Part shown: piece by piece, positions 53,567-64,000 of the stretch | Layout: every line of letters starts with the position of its first letter | Position numbering within the stretch: the stretch's first letter is position 1 | Source: Cyanophora paradoxa CCMP329 | Lineage: Eukaryota > Plantae > Glaucophyta | NCBI GenBank assembly: GCA_004431415.1 | Contig: QPMI01000674.1 | Location: forward strand, 1 to 64,000 | Direction of reading: 5' to 3' | Length of the DNA stretch: 64,000 bases | Translations under genes and position numbers: made by a program | The notes under the pieces: generated by a model | The model's input: only the letters and a program-made list of their open reading frames with translations | Told to the model about the DNA's origin: nothing | Database searches by the model: none

Positions 53567-56149
53567 AGTCAACGAGGGGTTCGACACTTGTGAGTCGGTT
53601 GGGGCCGGGGGAGGGACCGTAGGGGGCGGCGGGGCGGCCTCGTGCGGGGTCTCGGTCGGGGGGGCCGGCTGAAGCGAGGAGGGGGGGGGAGAGTCGGCTA
53701 CTGGAAGCGTCGTTAGTGGTTTGTACACTCCAGGTGCGAAGAGGGACGTGATTGTGAGTTGTCCATCGGGTATCGACACCGTTCGCGCTTTTTTGGTCCC
53801 GCGCTTGGGGGTCTTGCGACCGGCTGCCTTTCTTTTCGCCGTAGGTACGGGTGGGGCGGGTGCAGAGGCGGGAAGGGGAGGGGTCATGGGGCGCGGGCGT
53901 TTGGGTGCCGGGGCGGGGGGAGTATCGGTTGTCCGTTTGCGTGAGGCAGGCGACGGGCGAGTTCGTTTCGAGGGAGGGGCCAGGGGGGGCGTTAGGGCGG
54001 GGCGCTTGGAAGGTTGAGTAGCGGACGTAGGGCCCGTGGGCAAGGCGGGCAGGGTGCCATTGTCGGGGTTCTTGTGAGAAGGTTGCGTTGGGGGTGCAGC
54101 AGGTTGGGAGGCAGATCTAGAGTATGAGGTGGTCTCAGGGCGAGCGGGGCACTTTCCCCGTCTGGCGTCGGAGTGGGCCTGGAGGGCAGCTGCGGAGGCA
54201 AATCGGGTGCCACAGGTACAAGAGAAGTCAGATGTCATGGCTACGGTGCTGGTATTGGGCGGCTGGGGGAGGGGGGGCCTGGGGGAGGGGGCGGTCTGGG
54301 GCGAGGGGGAGGCAGGGAGTCGTGCAATTGCCTGGCGGAAATTTTCCAGGAGAACCCATGGTTGGCTTTCCGAGTCCAATCCGCAGCAGAAGTCAGTGAT
54401 GGAGATAGTATCATGGAGGGAGGGGCGGGGGGGGCGGGGGGGAGGGGGGACCAGGCGGCTGTACTGGCGGCGAGCGGGAGGGTTTGGTGTCGGCATGTTT
54501 GCGGTATCGACGTTTGGTTCTGTCAGTGATGCCTTGTCGGAGCTCCCAGGCGTGGTTGCGGGCGCAGCGGTCCCTCCAGATCGCACGGAGGTGTTGGTCG
54601 AGGAGTAGCGCTAAATCTTTTTGGATTGACATTGTGGTGGTCTTGTTAATGCCCAGGGCTGTGCAGAGGGCGGGCAATCCTGCCGGGGTACCGAGGCGCA
54701 GGAGGGCAGGGGCGGGGAAGGGGAGCAGGTCAGCCAAGGCCGGGCTAAGCTTTGTCCATAGGGTATCGGTGAGACCTGGGGGGCGGAAAAGGGCCGGATT
54801 TTCAGTGGGGGAGAGGAGGGCGGATTGGAGGGGAGAGGCGGGGTCAGGGGAGACGAGGCGGAGGAAGGGAAAGAGTTGAAAAATAGTATCGTCGTGTCCT
54901 AAGGGTTTGGGCGAGTGGCGGAGAACCCGGGTGCGGAGGAAGGTCACGAGTGCGTCCTGGAGAGCTTGGAGGAGGAGGCGAGCGGCGGGGCAAGTAAATA
55001 TGTGAATGAAGTCTTCGGGGGGTGGGTTGTGGGTCGGGCTGTCTGGGGTCTGCGGCCCTCGGTGGGGAAGAGGGCGGGGGGGAGCCCGGGGGGGTGAACG
55101 TGGCAGGGGGCGGGGAGGGTGGGGGTGGGGAAGCAGGGTCCTCGGGGACTGGGGCAGGGGTGGGAGGGAGGTGACAGAAGGGGCAGTGGGCGATACCGTC
55201 AGGAAAGAGAGGGCCGTATAGGTCGGGGTCGTGGAGGAGGCGGATGGTGAGGGAGGGGAGGCCTCCAAGAATGCATTGGAATCTGACTTTGCGGAGGTGA
55301 TCGCCTGTGGGGGTACGGCGGTCCGGTGGCTTGTCGGACACGAGGGAGAGGGCTGGGGCGAGGGTAACGTGAGGATTGCTGAGGACGGCCCCCGCGTTGC
55401 GAAGCTGGCGCCAGTCGAGGTATTGGGAGAGGGAGGCTTCGGCTAGGAAGTGAGAGCGGGGGTCCCCCTCAACGCGGTATGCATGGAGTTTGCCTCTGTA
55501 GGGCTCGGCTCCTGGAACTGGGCCTTGGGATGACGGGGGCGGGAGGCCGACGCGGATGAGAAAGCATTTGAAACTGTGGGGAATGAAGAGAAGGGCTGAG
55601 AGGGGGGCGTCTGGGGTCGTTTTGGCAAGCTTGTCAACGGCGTCATTGTGGCAGTTGTCAGGAGTATATGCTGGGTTCGGGATACGGTTCTTGGCCGGGG
55701 TCCGGGCCGCCTCTTTCTTTGCGACCGTTTTAGATGTTTTGGCGGACCGTGGTGGCGGCTGGGCGGCGTCGCGGTGAGCGGCTTCAGCTAGGATGGTCGC
55801 CGCCTCGAGTGGGGTCACGTGGGACGGCCGGAAGAGACGGCGTGCTGTTGCGGAAGCTTCGTTGCGGGCCAGGTCAGTGAGCTGAGAGGCGAGTTCTTGG
55901 GCGTAGCGAGCACCGGGAGGGAGGGGGGTGGCGGGCCCTGCAGGGCGAGGCGGGGTAGACTCAAGCACAGTTGGGGAGCGCGGGAGGGCTGGGTGGTCGG
56001 GGGAGGATGGTGGGGAGTCTAGGGTAGGCAGGGTGCCGCCAGTGGAGACCGGGGGGCGGCGTGGCGGGTGGGGACGCCCCGGGAAGGTCGGTGGGGGTCT
56101 GAGGGCCGGGAGGGCAGGACCACAGCATATAGGGTCAAGGGTGACGGAC

Positions 56150-56830
56150 CCGTAGCAGAGGCTGAGGGCAATATATTCACGGTATCTGCGGAGCGTTGCA
56201 TTGTCGATCTGAATGTAGGCTGGGGGGCGGGGCAAGTCCGACGGGGCAAGTGCTGAGGAGCGACTGAGTAGGTCAGCTGTGAGGAGGAGGAGAGGGCCGC
56301 AGGCCGTGCTGTTGGGGGGCTGGAGAACGGAGAGGGATGTCTCCGGGCGTAAATAGGTCCATCTGCAGAATGGAGTGAGGGGGAGGGGGGAACCAGAGTC
56401 GCGGTGACTCCAAGTGGCGGCCAAGTCTTGTGCAAAGGAGACAAGGTGATCAGGGACGTCGAGGGAGCCGTTGTGAATGTAGAACGAGCGCGTCTGAGGA
56501 AATAAAGCGAGTAGGTGCCAGTGTCCCGGGGGGCCCTGAGGGTGCCGGGATCTGCCTGAGGGAAGGGTCGGCGAGGGGGCTGGTGGGGTATGATGAGTGG
56601 GGCGATAGGTAAGGATGGGGACAAGGACAAGGCGGGCATCGAGAAGGCGTCCGGGGGGAAGGTATTGGTGCAGGGGGAGAAGGGCAGAGCCCCGAGAGTC
56701 AAATTGGGAGGCTGCACTAGCGGGATAGGAGCTGGACGACAGGAAGTAGGCAGGGTGAGGCGAGGCCAGGGCGGCTTCACGGGAGGAGAGCATGTCAAGG
56801 AAGGCTTCCACAAGGGGGAGGCTGAGGGCG
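56150..56830 (-). CDS. Ulp1/SENP (peptidase C48)-like domain
   Basis: VLVPI...GHWHLLAL...FYIHNGS...LQPPNSTACGPLLL...LRRYREYIAL. Confidence 0.72.
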
Positions 56831-57283
56831 GCATGCGGCCGGAGGTGGATAAGGTCGCCTCGTCGAATGAGGGAGTGGCGATGAGGGTCAGGTCGGGGGG
56901 CGGGTGGGAGGGGGGTTTCGACATGAGAGTTTGCTCCGCGCAGTAATCATTGTCTGCAAACCGGAAGGCATTCCCCAGCCAACTTTTCTCCGCCAGCGTC
57001 AGGGGGCGAGGGAGGGGAAATTCAGTCGGGTGAGCGGGGTTCGGCCTGGGGAAGTAGTTGGTCGGGCCTCGGGCGCCGGGGGCGTGGGGGTGGGGAAGGG
57101 CAGGTGGGGGGGGGTGGGGGCTGCGGGGAGGAGGGAGGGAATTGGGGGACCGGGGGTTACCGGTGTAAGGGACGGGGGGAGAGGGGAGGACGGAAGGGAG
57201 GAGGGGTGGGTCTCGCTTGCGTCTGACCGGACGGCGGGCTTTGGCTGCCGTGTGCTGGGAGGGGCGGGAGCTGGTGCGCGGGG

Positions 57284-57990
57284 TCATGCGCTGTCGTTTT
57301 GTTGTGAATGCCGGGTCGTTAGCCTGGACTGTCCCCAGGAGAACCTCAGGGTCCCGGAGAAGGAGAGCGGCCGCCCAACGCTCCCGGTAGATGGGGGCGT
57401 GGAAGGGATAGGGCGGCCCCGTCCTTTGCCATACAGGTGGACTTCCTCACCGCGGCCAATGAACTCAGCAGCGGTCATGACGAAGAGAGCGTCTTCACCC
57501 GTGTGGACGTTTTTCCAGGCTTGTGTGGGGAAGGTGCTGGTGTCGTACTTCCAGGCCGAGCGTGGGAGGGTCGCCGGGGCGGAGAGTCGCCGTCCACCAG
57601 CTGATGACCCAGTCTTTAAGAGGGGCCGTGACGTCGGAGGCGGTTTGCGGGTGACGTCCAGGATGCGGATTTCGCGGAGGCGGGCCGAGATGATTGCTAG
57701 TCGCCAGGGTCGGGACCCAGAGGGGGGCAGGGGGAGGAGAATATAATCGTATTCCGTTGGGGAGAAAGGGTGCGGGACGTAGGGTCGGTCCAGGTGTGGC
57801 TGGCCTGCGCGGGCTTTGAGAGAGAGGGCAGTGGGGGCTGTGCCCATGAGGATCGAGGTTGCGTGGGAGGACGAGAGGAAGAGGCACTTGGGGGTGGTCG
57901 GGGCATGAAGGCGGAAGGAGACTTGTCGGTTTTGGAGAAGTCTGAAGAAAGCGTCGACGGGTTCTGCAGGTATGGGTTGTGCGAGGAGAA
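57284..57990 (-). CDS. Degenerate Ulp1/C48-like domain lacking catalytic His and Cys
   Basis: VDAFFRLL...YDYILLPL...PWRLAII...IRILD...EDALFVMTAAE parallels the next domain. Confidence 0.45.
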
Positions 57991-59214
57991 CGGGTGTGGC
58001 CAGGTGGGCCCCAGACCGGGGGTTGGGGTCGATGAGGGAGAGGGGGGCCGCTTTAAGGGCAGCCAGGCGAGATTTTATGCCGTCGAGGAGGGGAAGTACT
58101 CGGCGATCATACCTGGGGCCGTCAGGGTCGATGGCAGCTGAGTAGGGATGGCTCGGCGTCCATAGCGTTCGAATGAAACAGGAAGGGCGCCGGTTTGGTC
58201 GCGGAAAGGGAACGTGGGTGGGGGCCAGGCGGGGCGGGGGTGGGGTGGCAGTGCGGGCAGGACAGGGCGGGTCCCGTGCCCATTGTTCTGCGATCAGGAG
58301 GAAATAGGAACGCCCCACATGCCAGGGTCGCAACGGTGGTACGCGACCAGAGGGGTGCCAGCCTCGGTCTGGGAGGTGGGGGCGAGTGTAAGATCCTCGT
58401 CCCAGTACCAGGCGGGGAGAGGCGTGTCACGGTCGGCGGGGACAGCGGGTTTGCAGAGGGAAGTGGGTAGAAATGCCAGGTGGGGCCGGAACCCTAGGAT
58501 GGGCTAAGTAATAGTCGAGGGCGAGTTTCCTTGTAGGCCCGGGATCAGGGTAGTCAACATCAGGGGCGTCCTCGGGGAGTGGTTGAAGGAAGATTGGGTT
58601 GGGAGGGGAGCAGCACTGGAAGGAGATGCTGTGAGTGATGTCTCTGCGTCCTAAGGCTTCAAGGAAAGCGGAGTAGGCGCGGAGGATGTCGCAGTCCGAG
58701 ACAATGGTCAGGTGTTCGTCGGAGGGGAAGAGAGCATGATCCTTGGGAAGTCGGATGCAGCGGTTCCAGATGACGGTTTCCGCCGCCGTGAAGGCGCGTT
58801 CAAGTCTGGCGGACGCGAGGGGGACGAGGTCGAGGACCAGGTGGGTGTTGGTAGTCTCAGAGGCGTCTACATAGTCAACGAGGTCCGCTTGGCATCGGAG
58901 GAAATGGTAGTCGGCGGGGCTGTCAGCTAGAATATATGTGCGAATGTGCCGGCGAGGCGGGAAGAGGGACGAGAATAGGGACGGGGGGAGGGGTGGGGAG
59001 GAGTCGTCCGAAAAAAGGAGTCGGGCATCGGGGATGTCCATTCCGCCAATATAGTGGTAGGGAGCCGAGGCAGAGAACGTCTGCGGGGCGGTAGGTAGGG
59101 GGGCAGCTGGTCCGCTGAGGGGGACACGGGGTCGGCGGGGGAAGAGGGGGCCGGGCGGCGGGTCGTCGTTGGTGTCGGAGCCGTTGCAGGTGGCCGCGGG
59201 ATGGTCTTTGGTTG

Positions 59215-59630
59215 GTGAGAGGGGACCCACTGAAGCGTGACTTGGAAGTTCGGGTCTTGGGCGATACGAATGGCGTATTGCGTTCGAGCGTTGAGGAGAA
59301 GGGCCCCGTCTTCTCGGCGGAGCAGGGTGCGGAAGTTGATGGGATGGGAGAAAGATGAAGGGTCTTGAAAGGCGAAGGCTGTCAGGGCTCGGATAGTGTT
59401 CTGACTGTCCGTGATAATTTTCCCGCCCGTGGGCCCGAAATACGTGAATGCTGCGGAGATTGTGCCTGCTAGCTCTCCCAGGTTCACGTTGTGTTGGACG
59501 CCGGGAGACGGTGGGCGAACTCGATTTTGTCAGGCAGGTCGGGATTATTTTCGAGGGGTGCAAGGCCGGCGTAAGTGGTTCGGACGGAGGCGGAGCCCTG
59601 TTTTTGTGTGCTGGCGTCCGTGTATATTAC
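59215..59630 (-). CDS. RNase H domain, N-terminal three-quarters
   Basis: VIYTDAS (from 59630), frameshift, NVNLGELAG, KIITDSQNTIRAL, VTLQWVPSH. Confidence 0.8.
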
Positions 59631-60639
59631 CCGGGGAGTAGGTCCGGAGGGAAGGGGCGGGGAGTTTAGTGCGCGGAGTGTAGGGCAGAGCTCTGCGAAA
59701 AGGGCTCGGGAGGTAATGAAAAGGAAGTCGAGCCCGGCCGGGATTCATAGAAGTCGCGGTCGGCTTGTGATGCGGGGTCATAAGGCGTGGGCGTCTCTCG
59801 AGGGCAACATTGGTAGCCTGGGCCTCCGCTCGGAAAGAGTCCCACCAGTCAGTTTCCCGGAGCCAGAGGTCGATGAAGCCAATGTGTGTGATTTCGCGGG
59901 GGAGGTTGGGAGGGGGGAGTTCGGGGTCATATTGAGCAGGAGGGGTAGCTGAGGAGGGGTCAAGGCGGGCTTTTTTAGCTGCTCGTGTGGGTTGAGCACG
60001 GGAGGGCTGCTGTCCTCTAGAGTGGGAGCATGTGAAGGCGGAGGTGGAGTCGGGCAGCTGCCGGGAGCGGGTGGGCACCGGCCTATTGAGATTGGAGAGG
60101 CTCGGAGACCAGCCCTTCGATTCGCACGACGAGCCTGCCGGGATTCGGCGGACGTGAGATGCGTACTCGACCCATCGACAAGCAGTCGTAGAGAGGCCCA
60201 GCTCGCGATGAAGCTGTTCAGAGCCGCAGTATTTTGGGTGAGGGCAAAATTGGAATTCCAGTCTGCGTTCACGCCAGGCGGGGTCGAGCTCAAGCGCCGA
60301 TAGACCGGGGTCGCGCATGGAGAAACCATCATATGGGGTGAGGCAGTAATGGACGAGTTCCACCCCATAGTTATACTCTGAATCTCGGGGGCAGTTAGGA
60401 TCCGCATCGGAGTCCTCCGAAGCTAGTTCGTCCGGGTTTTCGTCTGGGATAGGGGGTTTCCCCACGACGCGGCCGACCAGGCCTTGGGATGTCCAGACAA
60501 AGTCACCAATGTTGAGTCCCGCAAGGACGGCATTAGCTTGGAGAGAGCGACGAATGTCTGGGATAGAGGGCGGCGGAGGCATAGGGTGGCGGGGGAGGAA
60601 AGGGGACCGGGTGGAGGGGCGGGGAAGAGAGAGTTCTTC

Positions 60640-63600
60640 GCGGACAGCGTCCCACTATCGCGTACCATCCTCCCGGCAATTCGACTGCGATACGCCGCTG
60701 CCCTCTACCTTTCAGACCTCAGCCTCACAGGACAAGGCTACAAACCACCGAAGCCCTCTTTCCCTGCCGACTGGACCGGGCCCACCCACCCACATGACTT
60801 GGATCAGCTGCATCCGTCTGCGACGCCGCCTCAACCGGAGCCCCCGTCGGCACCAATATTCGGCTCTGTCGCGGCACCCGCACTAGCCGACCCGCCTTCA
60901 CCGGTGCCCACAACACGCTCCGTGTCTCCTCCCGCCTCACCACCCTCGGGCAAGCAGGGCGCCGAACCATCAGCTACCGCCCCTGTACCGCCCCTCCCCG
61001 AGCTCTATCAGAAGCCGAGAAGGCTCTGCTTCCCCAAATTCGCATCTGCTGGGGTCCAGCCTCAACCGAGGCGACCATGCAGCGGAGAACGCCATCATTG
61101 GGCTCCCACGTGCTTGCATTACGACAGACAGCCGACCCTCCCGATCGCCTGCCCCGGACCTCTACGTCGCAGACCTCGCTCGCCTCTACACAGATCTAGA
61201 CCTACCCCCGCACCTAGGGATGGCGAGCTCGGACTATTGCAAGTGCACTTCCCGTGGAGTCTCGGACCGTGTGGTTGATGCCTTCTTCGATGTCCTGGCA
61301 GCCCGTCCCGTGTGCCGTGGGGGCGACGTTTGCTTCCTTCCTACCGCGATCTCCACGGTCGGTGCAGGCGCCCAACCCCACACCCTGAACCCAGCACAAG
61401 CCCTGCAATATCTGCCGCCACGGCCACTACGGTCGTACCGCATGGTTTTCTTCCTGCTCTGGTCCCGTCCGCCTCCCGCAGCGGGAAGGCGACTCGGCCG
61501 ACCACTGGGTCCTCCTTCTCATTGCCCCAGACAACGCTCGATCCGAATCTACGACGGCGGCAACCGAAGCCGACCCGACCGAACAGCCCTCGGCCTTGAC
61601 CTTGTCAGAATCTGGCTTCGAAGGGATGACGAGCCCTTCGCCCGCCTCTCTGGACATCCTTCTCGACAGACGCCTGTGACGGCCCCATCCAGATTGCCCG
61701 CTCCTCCTGTGGGATCCTTCTCCTCATGACAGCCTACGTCCTCTCGGGTGACCCGTCGACGCAACGCCTCAGCACACTCATCCGGGACTTCCCGGAACGG
61801 CTTCGGACCTACACCCATTTCATTATACTTGCCCTTTACCTCGGCACCACTGAAATAGGCTCCGCACCTTTCCCCCGGATCAGCTCGCGTTTGCGACTCC
61901 AGAAACAGCATGCGTTCCAACGCTCGGCAGCCGGCGCCGGCGAACGGTGGCAACCTTGCACCACGGTGGCATGCTGCCGACGCCGCCTGACTCTGAAATC
62001 GACGACGGAGGCGAGACCCGCTTAACACTCGAGGACAACTGGCAGGCAAGCGACAGCGAAGAGGACTCCCTCGTTGCTCACTCCTGCCCTCCCTCGCCAA
62101 CGCTCATCACGTTACCAGATCCGGCAGCAGATCCCCCGCCAAAATCAGACGAGGCCGCCTTCGCCCAGGTCGTAGGAAAACTGCAAAGAGAACGGAGGCT
62201 GCATCTGCCTCGCGCCGAGATTCTCTCTAACCTTACCCGCCCGGCATCGCTCCGCGCAGCTGAGGTTGCCACCCTCGCCGAAGAGAACTCAAAATCGCCC
62301 CACCGGCCCTGCGCCTGCCCCGACCAAGAAAGACCGGGCGCGAGCCCGCCGGGCGCCGGGAGCGGAACTGGTACCCAATCCAGCGTACGACTGCTACAAC
62401 GACCAGGCCGATCGCCTCGCGAAAAGCTGCAACGATGGGCCTTTCCCTGCCCTTCTATACCTCCCGCAGGATGCGGGTCCACCACCCCGCTCATCCGCTA
62501 TGGCACCAAGCCTGGCTCTGCGGAGCTACCGACCGGCACAGAGAGATACGCCGGCCACCTCTTGGCGTACCGCGTGAACGGAGACCCGCGCAAACACATG
62601 GACGAGGAAGCCCACCTCGTGGATTTCATTCAGTGGAGCTGTCAACTCGAAGCTGGTAGACTCCTGCGCTTCACTGGCGGCCAAATCGACGCTGCTCTCT
62701 CCCTCATGTCCGCACACCGCAAAGATGGACGCCGCAAGACCCAAGCCGGGGTTCAGCTTCGCGCGACGCGCTCGAAACTGCTGACTGCATCTCTGGCCAC
62801 GCTGCGAGTCCGTGCTCGCACGCGCCCGGACATCTATGCGGCAATCTGCCCGAGGGACCGATTTGCCCCGCTGCCGCCTCGCAGAGGAAGACTTCGATCA
62901 CATCTGGGTATGCCCTGCTGCTGCTACTGCCGTCAACGTCTTTCGCCTAGCCGCCCGCGAACACGTCCTTAAACACGTGATGAAACACAAGCCGACGGAC
63001 TTCGCAGCTCCTGGGACTCGCTATTCCCTTCCTACTAGACCCTGGCATGTCCAGCCCTCCGCTCGAGTTCGCTCCGGATTGCCACTGGGCAGAAACTAGC
63101 TATTCTCGAAGCAGCCGACCTCCTTCATCAATTCGAATTTCGCGCTCTCTTCCAGCTTGTCGCCCCGCAAGGAATTCACGTCCTACTCCGAGCCTTCGGA
63201 GTTCGAACTCTAGCTACGACCTCGCAGCAAGCAGTGAATGGATTGGTGCAACTAGCGGACGAACATGCACGGACCATCTGGAAAACCCGCTGCGACGCAG
63301 TCATAGCCTGGGAACAGGAACACGGCATCACGTCGGGCAAAAACGCACCAAGCGGGCTAAGGCCTCAATGCTGGCTCAGGTCTCTGCTACGCCAGCCCGG
63401 CACCAATCCCTCTCAACCCGACTACCCGATGCCCTCGCTCGAACGCCAACAAGTCACGATCACGGAGTACCTCGGCGGGGCAGCTCCTGCCCTGGCGGCC
63501 GAGCTGGCGGCGTTCACCTGGAAGAAGCTGGAAGAGGAACCTACTCAACAGCCCCCCGACGTAGCGCCCGCCTCCGCGAACTCGACGCACGACGCCCTCG

Positions 63601-64000
63601 CTGCGACACCTGCGGGACAAGCTTTGCCTCCGCCCGCCGGTGCCTCCGCCACCTCGCTACCGGTCTCTGCGTCGACAGCGCAGCGGGAGTCGGCTTCCAG
63701 CTAGTCCGCAATCCTAGCCCTCCCAGCCCACGTCCTCGACGACCGACTTGGAACTACCCCTTCTCTACCCCCGCAGCCCCCGCCCGCGTAGCGAAACGGC
63801 CTGCAGTCACGCCTGCAGCACCCCGACATCAGCTAAACGCTTCAGAGACGAGCACGGGCCCCGCAACACCCGCCACCGTCCACCAGCAGGCCTCCACCCG
63901 TTGGCTCCAAACGCACGGTGGAGGATGACGTTACAGCCCCGGCCTCCAGCGCCAAACGTCGCCCAGGGATAACACCGTCAGAGCCGCCGAGCAGCAAACG
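60640..64000 (+). mobile_element. Second, diverged 5'-truncated copy of the same retroelement family, head-to-head with the first
   Basis: Ulp1 motifs VVDAFF, DHWVLL, IYDG, IQ...SCGILLL; PNPAYDCYNDQADRLAK; AYRVNGDPR; RPDIY..CP...EEDFDHIWVCP; IWKTRC..WEQEHGIT; C2H2-like CDTCGTSF...H. Confidence 0.7.

Larger units (their letters stand above)
52990..60640 (-). mobile_element. 5'-truncated non-LTR retrotransposon-like element (split RNase H, Ulp1-like domains, C-terminal Zn finger), frameshifted
   Basis: IYTDAS, NLGELAG, ITDSQ, WVPSH, then NDAVDKLAK; LPSL..R....PDLY...CPFC...EDFIHIFTCP; IWRDRC...WE..QGIT. No RT or endonuclease in the window; boundaries approximate. Confidence 0.7.

Noticed and set aside
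58600-58960. BRCT-like domain inside the RNase H insertion (NTHLVL...ARLERA...IVSD)
   Set aside because: The resemblance is too weak to call without a profile search.
52820-64000. Numerous Gly/Arg- or Pro-rich ORFs in the GC-rich region as separate genes
   Set aside because: Expected from high GC content and strand skew; only the motif-bearing frames of the retroelements are supported.

Overview
Eukaryotic (probably protist) genomic window with two compartments. (1) About 1-51,070 is AT-rich and intron-less. It holds a cluster of three related endogenous double-jelly-roll DNA viruses of the Polinton/Maverick/PLV type. Element A (<1 to ~6.6 kb) is a partial, diverged sibling of B. It carries only the capsid/packaging module plus an extra endonuclease, and has no replication or integrase genes. 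Element B (~6.7-27.3 kb) looks complete: C1q protein, fibre, patatin-discoidin, two pentons, NCLDV-like MCP, A32-type ATPase, small ORFs, AEP primase-SF3 helicase, GIY-YIG, protein-primed PolB and rve integrase. Element C (~28.6-51.1 kb) is an almost gene-for-gene mirror image of B, joined integrase-to-integrase, but uses a single PolB-SF1 helicase-HNH fusion protein for replication. The B/C junction holds tandem copies of the palindromic element found just after B's primase-helicase gene. B is strongly CpG-depleted except in TCG/CGA contexts, whereas C's replication arm is not. (2) About 51,070-64,000 is GC-rich host DNA. It contains the last exon of a host gene and two head-to-head, 5'-truncated non-LTR-retrotransposon-like ORFs. 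In the minus-strand copy the RNase H domain is split by a ~3.5 kb insertion carrying Ulp1/C48-like protease domains; the plus-strand copy keeps the same downstream order. Many genes in A, B and the retroelements are broken by single-base indels that look like long-read errors. Gene coordinates were reconstructed by eye across those frameshifts. All family assignments come from motif recognition, not database searches.
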